Part shown: positions 1 to 10,570 of the stretch, piece after piece
How the letters are laid out: the number at the start of each line of letters is the position of its first letter
Position numbering within the stretch: position 1 is the stretch's first letter
Assembly (NCBI GenBank): GCA_030248215.1
Contig: JASANG010003930.1
Location: forward strand, 1 to 64,000
DNA: 64,000 nt
Source of the DNA: Enoplolaimus lenunculus
Lineage: Eukaryota
Direction: 5' to 3'
Position numbers and translations under genes: made by a program
The notes under the pieces: generated by a model
The model's input: the letters and a program-made list of their open reading frames with translations, nothing else
Database searches by the model: none
Told to the model about the DNA's origin: nothing

Positions 1-3000
1 TGATCAACAATGGGTAGCGCATACAGGAGTGTGGTAATTTCTCTTCTTCTCCCTCCTTATATAATTTCGCGCGACTAACTAGGGTCCCCTGCATTAAAGT
101 TCTGACTTAAAAGGCTACGGGACGGAATGCTACGGGTCTCATTAGTCAACGGTTTGTAGAGGGGAATTCTGTCTGACCAAACTCTGCTTAGTCAATAGGT
201 ACTGGGTCTCATGGCATCCCAACGTAATATGGCAGCCGTGGGGATCTAGGTTCTGATACAGTTCGATGGGAGCTGCCCTTCCTCCCCTATAAGTAATATC
301 TCAATTGCTCAGAAAGAGCCGTAAGATTGACTTCAGGCGCAAGCAATCAACGATTAGGGTTAGGAGAGGCTATAGGCGAGTCCGCAGGCCATTTCAGGGT
401 TGAATTTTCTATGGGGCTGCCCATGTCTGATTGATGTTTAGGGTGAAGCCGTAGTTCCTTTTTCTGATAGATTATGATCCCTAATTTGCATCATATACTA
501 TGATTTCCATGCTTACGCCCTGTCAGTCATACACGACAACCTACAGTTGTTTGATTTTAGGTTTCACCTTTAAGGCTATGGGATCAAATACATTGCGCCT
601 CCTTAATTAATGCTCTGGGGAAAGGGTTCAAGACACTACTTAACTAGAAAGTCCTGAGCATCATAGCATTTTATTTCTTGGCCAGAACTCAGGGAGCTGG
701 GTCCTAATATGGTTGTGTGAAAACCGCTCTCCCTCCCTGGCAAGTGATATTTGCGTTTTGATGTGGCGATCTTCGGCGAAGGGCAGGTTAGTATCGTCAT
801 TACTCTTAGACCTACTGCTTTCCCTAGCCCATCTTCTGTCCCTTTGTTGCCTGATGGGCTTTCCAGTGAGGTTTGGTTAGGTGGTTCTGCGACTGCGAAA
901 GTCGCTTTTCAAAAGAGCTCTTAATGATCCAGCTTGTAAAGGGTCTTCTGAGCACAAAAGTGCAAGGCAAAAGCCCAATTGTCGGTTCTGTACAATTTCT
1001 ATATACATTGACGGAAGCCGGAACCGACAGGGCAACATCGCAATTTTTCTTATATATTTTCTAAAATATATGAGTCACAAGCGTTATGCTTGAGTCGGTA
1101 CACTGTACACAGGTTAACACTAACTATAGTATAACATGAAAACTTAAATTAATTTTTTTTTAGAAATCTTCGAAAACCCCAATTGAGAGGGGAGGGCATT
1201 TTTTACAAACTGGGGACAACTGAGGGTGTTGTTCAGCCATTATGAGACGATTGTTCTGTCCCTGGCACTTCGTCAGAACTCTGATCCTAATAGAGAATCC
1301 AAGATCTGAGGATTTGAGTGTGCTAGGTGTTTTACCTTGGGTTTAGTATCCTTACTTTTTAAGGGTTTCTTAATCTATTACTGATCAAAAGAGCAGCAAT
1401 TATGTACGTTAAACCTTGAGACTGGTTTGGGACCTGGTTGAGAGCGATGCTGTGTGCTAGCTGGTTACTACAGGGGATTTAGTGCCTAAGACTCCTTAGT
1501 TAGGGTGCTCGAGTAAGGACTTCAGCGAAAGATTGGAGTACTGCGTGTACTCTGAAGGGGAAGCGCAGACACTGGTGTCGGACCAGGTTGCTCTGCGGAT
1601 CTGTGAATTGGTCTCTGGCTTTATGGATCCTTGTATACCGTCGAGCTACGTTTAAAAGTGGTGCTTCGTTGGCTTTTCCTGGAGGTGGGTTACTCGGATA
1701 TATATTTTAGCGACTGCAATAGTCACTTCCAAAGAAGACATTTACAAACGCAAATTTTTTTTGGCCTTTTCTTTGTTTTTATTAATTTTTTTTGTTTATT
1801 TGTTTTTTGTTTCAAAGTGACAGAGTTTAATGCTGGTTCCAATATAATTACAATTCTTATGATACAGTTAGGCTCTATGGTTCGATTCCAGTTCCGGTAG
1901 GCGGAGGGCTATACAGCCAAATAATTCCGGATCTGTGTAAGCAGTTTCATGCTACAACCATAAACACAGTTTTTTTTGTTTGTTTTTATAGATTTTTATT
2001 ATTATTTTAGCATAATTTTTTTGTTTTTAAATAAACTTTTACACGCTAAAGGACAGAGCAAAAATCCACATTGTCAGTCTCATTTATCTACAGTGGTTAT
2101 GGTACAGTTAATTCGTGCTTCGTTCCAAAATTTTTTTGCGTAACTGTGGGTTGGGGCTTATTTACATGGGGCGCAGGTATCTTCGTATAGCGCAGTGGGA
2201 AGGGTCTGACCGACACCTAGTAGGGTAATTTTACACAGGGGGGTTACTTCCACATAATCGTCACGTTGGATTTAATTACACAGAACGCGGGTGTCAATGT
2301 TTTCCTATTTCACACGGCCAAGGGCTCTCCCAATAATTAGCAGGATAACCATAAGCAAGAGGCCGGACGTTAAGCTGATGAACGAAATAATGGGGGAAGA
2401 CTTACGAGGCTCTCTTCAACCTTGATATCGAGGGGACAGGTCTAACGCTCATGTTCTCTTGACGCAAAGGGTGACATACTATGATGTGCTATAGCCCAAC
2501 GTGGGTTAGGGAGGGTGCGCGGGGTTCATCTATTCTTCACAACCTATTGTCATAATCTCGAAATACACTTGAAATGCGGTGCATAGTCATATTCATGTCA
2601 GTAGAGTTCCTATGTCCTGGCAACAGGTTTCAGATATTGTCTCAATGCTCATTTTGATATTAATTCCAAACCAATATTCCAAAGTACGTTCCATGTTCCT
2701 AGTTCAGTAAATTTAAACTATCTTTTTTTTGTCTTTTTGTTTTTTCCGCGTCTCGAGACATCGTTATGTCAGTAATTTTATTCGGTAGGAATTGGTCGTC
2801 GGGTGGCGCTCTTTTGGTTTTGGTTCTGGTGGGAGGTTTAGGCCACGCGACTAGATTCAAGTCCTCGAGGACTGATTTGAATCATTTAAGCGGGTGGGAG
2901 ATCAACTGTCAGTCAATTTAGTGGTATAGTCCTATGTTGAACTATGCTTTAGTTCTGTGCCGACTTTTTGAAGGCTTCATGAAATTTTAGTTTTAGTCGG

Positions 3001-4139
3001 ACACTTATCCTCAACTCTTTTGGTTGAGAGTTTAAATTTGGGTTTTTATGCCCGTGGGGAATTTAAAAGTCAAATTTCTCATTCAATTCATCAAATCAAT
3101 AAATTCACAGTTCCCCATGGGTAACACGGAGCTGCCCACCCCTACCGACTGAGGGTGCGTTATCTCGTGCCCCAATGGACCAACTGGGCTGACCCCTACT
3201 AACTCGGCACGTTTCCTACGTCCGGCGTTCTCCGGTACAGCAAATTCAACTTCATAATAACATAAATAATACGGCTCTACCGGTGTCAATCTGTCCGGGT
3301 GGTCACTAGGAATTTCGGATTGATAATCGAAACCCTCAGAGCGCGCAACCACTGAACGTGTTGAGCTTGGCCTTCAAGAAAATTTTTACGGTCACTCTCG
3401 GGTTGACAGGACTAATTTTGCCTTGAAAATAATTTGTACGGCTTGTCATGTGTGTGATTCCCTTAGCTCGAGCCCAAGGGCGTGTTGATGGAATAGAAAC
3501 AGCATACAAATGGGTAATTCCAGTACCACCCCACAATTAAGTATCCCACTGAGATGGTATCCCCATTCCGTTTACTGAAAAGTGGTGTCAAAGACAATTT
3601 TGGTCGTCCTGCCCCTCCTCGTCTGTGCCGTTAATAATTAAACGATCAAACTCGTTCAATTACTCAATACTTCAAATTCAAATTAAAGAAAATTTTACCC
3701 TAAGCCACACCATTTTTGAAAAACGCTGCGTAAAATTTATGGGGTGGTGTGACCTCGGAATTCTGCCTCCCGCTCGATAAATTCCCCTAACTTCACGAGT
3801 CGAGACTGGCTAGAATCTCCGATGGGGGGTGACTCGTGGATGCTCCTTTCCCGTGGTCACATTCCTACACCCAGTTAATTGGAGTTGTGGAAAAGAGGGG
3901 GTCAGATTTTGTACATCCAGGGCCTGGCGACTTAGCCCTGGGGATTAAGGTAAGTTGTCCAACTGGTGGTAGGTTGGGGTTTGGCAAAACGTGACGCCCT
4001 CTTGTTAACGTTCCGACCCTATTTCTCCCAGTAACAAAGTCCTCCATATGCAATCCGCGCGGTTCTTACACTGGAGTTCCAAATGTTCTTGGGGAGTTTC
4101 GAGTCTCCGTGCGAGTTCAGTTTGTTGTCGCCAGCTAAA

Positions 4140-5030
4140 TCAGGTTTCCGATTTTGCGCTCAAGTGCAGCAGCACCCTTACGACAGTTGGTGTTATAGAC
4201 CTGGCTGTCAGGGTTTTAAGGGTGCGCTATGGGACTCCATAGGCTTAAGGATCAATCATGACACAGAATAGTATCACCTTTTAGGTTTTACATCACAAAC
4301 TACTATGCCATTTACCTTCCTTAGTCAGTTTTTTGGGTTTTTAAATTACGCTGGGTTATAGCATATTTTCCGTTGTATTTTGCGCAGGGGTCAAACGGTT
4401 AGATAATTCTGACACGGGGTGTGGTAAGTTTTGGGACAATTTCTGATGGTACTTGGACATGGTGTGTAGTGGGAACGTTCAAATGTAAACGGTTGGGCGT
4501 ATTATTTTTGATTCTGCGTGCAACGTGCTTGATAACTGTGTAACTTATTTCCAGGAAACTGGCCATTCCTTTGATAGCTACAATTCATAGCCTGAATTTC
4601 CCTCCTGATAGGTTGGCCGACCTTAGGGAGGTACGTTCCCTCGAAACCCATTGGGATTTGGCCGGACCCCGCCCGGTCTCGAAGTGGCATTGTGTACAGC
4701 TGTTTGGCTTGCAATTTTTGTTTTGATTTCACTGAATGCCAGAATCCTGGTCTAAGTTGTATGGGAGGTAAGGTCTTATGTTGCGAGTAATTGACTCAAC
4801 CAACCTAGCTGATGGACATCCGCAAATGCTGGGTTGGCTTGTCAAAAGAATGTGGGTAGTTGATTTGTTCAACAGTGACTATCAGAAATTCATGATTGAA
4901 ACTTCATGATTGAATTCGAGAATGTCCAACCCCCAGGTGTACTGAGGTTTTAGTTTCTGGTTATTGTTAATACACTTGTGTTTTGTCAGTTTTCAACTAA
5001 GCTTCTAAGGATTTGGGTTATGGGTAGGCT
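4140..5030 (-). pseudogene. Degenerate Polinton/adintovirus-type minor capsid (penton)-like gene
   Basis: One frame reads EFLIVTVEQINYPHSFD...(2 stops)...PPIQLRPGFWHSV, and VMIDP*AYGVP...TVVRVLLHL lies near the 3' end. These resemble the recalled penton motifs EIxYPHSW, LxPGYYxSV and VTLHF. Matched by eye only. Confidence 0.4.
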
Positions 5031-8000
5031 TATACTCTGAGGTATATAGCTGTTCTTATCGGAGACGTTAACTTCCTTAACGGTGATATTTTGCTTAAGT
5101 TGGTAGGTTTACTAGTATCGGATGCGGCTCTTAGACCTGTAACCAACATCCGACTTGTGGTTTTGATTTTACTCATGGATACCATAATATGAGAGGATCT
5201 CGTGGGTGTGTATGAGATACAGGGAATGTTTCAGTTAGTTTCTGTTCAAAATGAGTTTGTTGATTTCAGTTCCACAAGATCCTCCCTTTGAATGAGTTGG
5301 TATATTCCATGACATCAATGTGGATATGTATTGAATGGGCGCCACATTCATTTTGTGCTAGACTGAGTGCTCAGGTCTGTTCTGGTCCATACTGATCCGT
5401 AAGGATAGCTAGGGGTGATTTGTCGACAAGTCCCAGCCTGAGGGACGAATTGTCACTTCCCTGTGAGCTTCAGAAGGGAAGCAGGTGGAATCTTGAAAAA
5501 ACTTGCTGCGTTTAGCAGTTTTCGTTGCATATTTGACAAGGCGATCTGATCTGAGCACTCAATCTAAGTGGGGAAATTCGGAAAACGTGCGTCACAGGTA
5601 ACAGTGAAAATTCGGTATATAATTCAAACCGGCACGTTTGGCCTTAACAAAGGTGTTGAAAACTGTTTAATTTTGCGCGCGCGTTTTCCGTAAATCCGTT
5701 GGGGAGAAGGCAACACGTGCCGTAGGGGTGGGTTTTCAAAAGCATGATTTTCGTTGTTGGCAAAAAGGGTATAGTTTCGGAGGGGTTGTACATTTTTGCT
5801 AGAGCTGTTACTTTTATTCTGGGCTAAAGGTGCGGTTTTAGCATGTTGTCGCTACACCCAGTCGAAAGGTGCACGCTGTAATGTGTATAGTCTTATTCTC
5901 AAGTTGATTGTGGGATAGCCGTTGAACCGCAGTCGACCGCAACTGTTCCCCGGGTTATGTGAGTGTTCTTGTGCATCCCTTCCATCGAAGGTCGGGTTTC
6001 GAAATAGTGTGAGTAAATGTTTTGCTCAAGAAAATTTTCCCGGTAATTGAAAAAGAAACCGGTCTAAGGGGGGTTAGGCGCCTTACGTAAGATGCTGGGA
6101 GCTTGTCAAGCTTTGGACCATGTGCTCAATTCGAGCAAATGGCGTCCGGTTGGGGGCGGTGAACAAAGCTTAGGTAGCACAATGAAAATTTTTCGTTATG
6201 CCACAGAATTTGTGAATTTTGGGCTAAAAACCTTGGAGGGACTCATTAGTGGACGCTCAACAAACTCCCAACAAGTTCACGACACGTACATAGCATAGTT
6301 AAAACAGTAGTACGTACGTAAGATTCCGTTGAAGTAATCATAGGCTGCCCTGAGTTTATTGAAAGAGGGCAGCCTGTTTTAGCCTAGATGCAACATTTAA
6401 ATAATATAGCCTAGAGTTTGGTGGGCGAATGCCGTAGCTGCTTGAATTTTGCCTAAACCTGAAGCAGCTAGTTTTAGAATTACAAAACACAGCGTTTTAA
6501 ACCGGTATATAGAGCAGGTGTGCGAAAATTAGACCTCTCGGAGTTTTGCCTAGGTCTATGCGAGAGGTCCCCAAACCTAAATAACTTAATTAAATTAATA
6601 CTTATAAATCAAAACTTTAGGAGGAATAGTTGCAGGCACACAGTTGAAACAATACGGTGGGGGATGATCTAGCGTTGGCTACTTGTCAAAATTGGTCAAG
6701 TAATTTGACAGTTTAAAGATTTCCCGTGAGACAAATTTATTAAAGAAATTCAATTGGGGAATAACATAATAGAAAAATAAAATTCCACGGAGTAGCCCCC
6801 AAGTGTTACGGGTACGATCAACGAGTATCCCTGCGGACGAATCCGAGATGATACTCTCACGGGTGTTCGTGGCCGTGGATCTGCCAAAGTAAGCTACTTG
6901 CCTAGAGGATGACGGTCCCCCGGCGTGATATCAGGTTTTGAGAGTCACAAAATCCCGACATCGTCATACGCCTAAGCCTGCCTATGCTCTAAGTTCTAGC
7001 GAACCCCGAGTGCGAGTAGGTAGATCACACCAATAACAATTAGCTCTTTCTCCGTGGATTTTAGTACAACTGTGTGCTCACAACATTTTCTCACGGTTAA
7101 ACTTAATGACACTTGGTCATAGGTATGGTTTGACCCCTTGGTTTTATTCCTGAGATTCTTTGGTCCTGAAGTCATTTGTCTTATTTGGTCATGGACCGTT
7201 TAACAGAAAGGCGGATCGATCCTAGCCTTTGAGGTTTTTATTTGATTAACTTGCCACTGGTTCGAACCAGGGCGATTTATTCATTTTTCTGAGACTCGGT
7301 TTGTCAGGAATTGTTCGTTTTTATGTAAAAGTTTGAGTCCCTTTTAATTCTAAGTTTTCTCTGAATTTTAGCCATGGCTCTTAGGCCAGGAAAATTCTTA
7401 GCGCTCTCGGTTCAGGACTGAACTCAATTTAAAGTTTTGGTTTATTGTTATTTGTACAGTTTATACATACAGAAATGGCTGAGCCAAAAAATACCTTAGT
7501 CCTAAGTCAGACTTAAGAAATCAGTCGCGAGCTGAATTTAATAACTTCAATTAAATTGAAATGAGATTATAATAATTGCTAAAAAGAGTTCGATGCGTGA
7601 TTCATGAAATTTTCACTGTGTGTTCCTAGTTTCCTGCCATCTATCAGCTACCTTACAGCTATTTACCGTAGCTTATAGTTAGGAATCACTGTTTGAGATG
7701 TGTTCTATGTCTCGTGATGGTGAGCTTGATTAGTCTATATGTGGCCTTCAGGTAGGCTCAGTTTAACTCCAATTTAGGCTCAATGGTTTGCTTAAGCCTG
7801 GGCTCAGGATTCCCACTCATTGCATGGGTATTCCAGACAAGCTCACCACCAGTACATCAAGGGTTTTCAGAAAGGCTGCACGTTTACCACAAGGTCTCAC
7901 GAGGGTAGGGGACACCACGAGAATTCCGCTATATGCATGCTTAAAATTCCAGAGGTTTCTTGAGAATATTTCTGTTTAGATATTTTCCATAGCACTGTGT

Positions 8001-8623
8001 CTGTTTCCGAGGGCACTACATTTTGCCTAGACTTAAGCGTGATTTTTCACAGGCTGCACATTCAGCAGTTTGATTGTCAACTGGTCGAGACCTGTTAATT
8101 ACTTAGTCCACTGGGGCCCAGCTAGAATTGCCCTAAATCACGGGGTACACTGAAATTTTCTGAGCGACAGGGTCTTAGCTCTTTTGTCTGACATTTCCTA
8201 AATGCTTAGCATTAGGCTGTATTGGCTTCCCTGTCAAGCTGACAATCCACCTGCGAATGTTTAGGTTATTCCTATATGTGCCTATTTTTCTGCATTCGCT
8301 GTCTAATGGCACCTCCTTGCAGGTTTTCTTGATTTTATGATTTTCCCCCAAAATTTGTACCAAAAGTCTTACACCAGCGTTGTCGCCAACGACAGTCAAA
8401 ATTCTAGGCCAAAAATTTAACCACACCCACTTCGTGTAGCCGGAAGATTCTAACCGGCCCCCCCCTTAAAATTCTTAGAAAATTTTACCCCGGCGCGAAA
8501 CGCGCATAACCCCCCCTTGCATCAGCGCCCCGAAACTCTCGTGCACACTAAGTCGCCTCCGTGTGCAGAGAGATCGGTTTGCTGTCGCGGCTCGAGCACG
8601 CGAGCGAAAAACCGAAAAACTCA

Positions 8624-8803
8624 AACTGAACTGAATGTTCAGCCTGTGCGCCGCTCTTATATAGTGCGCGAGGCCCAAATTTCGACCAATCAGCGCGCCC
8701 CAGAAACAGACTCTAAGCATCTATTCTATTGGTCGAAAATCACTAAAATAATTTGACCAATACGGAACGAGAATTCAATCAGTTTTTAAGAGCCTGTGAT
8801 TGG
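8624..8803 (-). promoter_or_regulatory. RNA Pol II core promoter facing left: four CCAAT boxes, TATA box and Inr
   Basis: On the minus strand, TATATAAG at 8663-8656 and Inr TCAGTT at 8634-8629, with the +1 A 31 nt from the TATA. CCAAT/ATTGG at 8686, 8728, 8757 and 8799. Confidence 0.65.
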
Positions 8804-9759
8804 CTGGAGAATTTTAACGCGTAGTCTACAACCAGAGGGTTATGAGGGGGCTAACGAGGGTCACCCCTATCCGGAGTCTGAATACCGAAGTGCAGCATAG
8901 TGCAAGGTCTAAAAAGTTACGACGGGGTTCACCCATACCCCCTGCGAAACTGGAAAACCACGTGCAGCCTTTGTGGTAAGCCCTCCCCTTAATATCTGAT
9001 GTGCTCACTGTGCACCTAATGATAACTCAAACACCCCAAGAATAGTCAAGTTATACGATGCAAAATGGTGAAACGAACTAAAGGGGGGCGATGGCAACAA
9101 AAACGATGACAATGCATAAAAATTAACAGGTATATACATACATATATATATGCAAAAAAGAAAACTCACGAGGTTAAAGAACGAAACAAACTCAAAAATA
9201 CCCATAAATTTATACAAATGTGTATGAACATAAGATTTTAAAATTCAGGTTTTTCTTATTTTTAAATTGCCTGGTCTAATCAACATGCTAGACTAATTTG
9301 CCCTTGAAAATCTTGGCTATTGTAATAAGTTACCTTATACGCATTTTCCCAGTAGAAATTTGCATTGCACAAGTTAAATTCTAGCCCTAAAGTTAGTACT
9401 TAGTACTAAGATGGTGTAAACCTATGGGGTGCGGTTTTGCTCAGCGGTAACTTGCTAAATAGTCGTCTGCAAATGGTCACACGGAGTGGTTCTCTCAATT
9501 GACCAGACCAACAAAGTTGAGAGATAACGATTCTGAACACAGGAACCCAGAAAAGTAGTGGTCTCGTTTATTAGGCTTGCCCCTACTGAGTATGGGCGTG
9601 CGAAATTTCAAAACTTGATAACCCCTAGCTTCCTAAGAAGACGTCAGCGGACTCTGCTCGGTGTGATTTTACTAACTGGGACAATAAACTACTTCAGACG
9701 ACACCCAATTCAATGCTACAGTCTGGAAAGTAAAAATCGCACGCCTAAAACACCAAAAT

Positions 9760-10570
9760 TCCCAAAACTTCAACTGATTATAATTCTTTAAATATTAACT
9801 TGCGGACCATGTTAGGGGTGGTTTTCTTGCTCTACTCGTCAGGCCGAATCGAATGATATGCATTTTAACCTTGTAGCTCGAAAAAGTTAAAATCGCGTTT
9901 TTCGGGACCCGATCCGTAAAGTTTGTACATGTAAATTATCAAAATTTTCAAATGGTCTTAACATTTTAAGTTATGATTTGCGAACCCTGTTTGGGGTGGT
10001 TTTCTTACTCAGCGCGATGCGCGGAGTCGAATGGTGCCCATTTTTATGGTGGGTCGTGAAAAAGTGAAAATCGCATTTTTCAGGATCCGATCCGTAAAAC
10101 GTACACACGTAAAATCTTAAAAAAACTTTGATTGACCATAACTCTTTATGCATGGATTTGCGGACAGGGTTTGGGGTGGTTTTCTTAACCGGCTCGATGA
10201 GCTGAATCGATTGATACCAATTTTAGCGCCCTACCCCGGAAAAGTGAAAATCGCGTTTTTGGACCGGGATCCGTAGAAGCGTGTACACGTTAAATCTCGA
10301 AAGCTTCATAGGCCCATAACTTGTTATCTATTGGTTTCCGGGTAATGTTCAGGGTGGTTTTCTTGATCAGCTCAGCGAGCTGAGTTGAACAGTATAAATT
10401 TTAACGTCCGATCTCAGAAAAGTGAAAATCGCATTTTTCGGACCCGGGCCTCCGGACGTACATACACAAAATTTCAAAATGTTCAAAAGTCTGTAAATTT
10501 TAACTGTCGCATTGCGGGCTATAACTAGGATGGTTTTCTTAATCGATGCGATACGGGTAAGTGTCTGGCA
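9760..10570. repeat. Diverged tandem repeat, ~178-bp unit, about 4.5 copies
   Basis: The anchor GGTGGTTTTCTT recurs at 9817, 9995, 10175, 10353 and 10529 (variant). Shared AAAAGTGAAAATCGC and GATCCGTA blocks. Confidence 0.9.

Noticed and set aside
4502..4732. TYLPK as the Rep catalytic tyrosine motif partnering the HUH at 5322-5328
   Set aside because: It is about 700 nt away, much farther than in parvoviral Rep, and lies in the frame better explained as penton-like.
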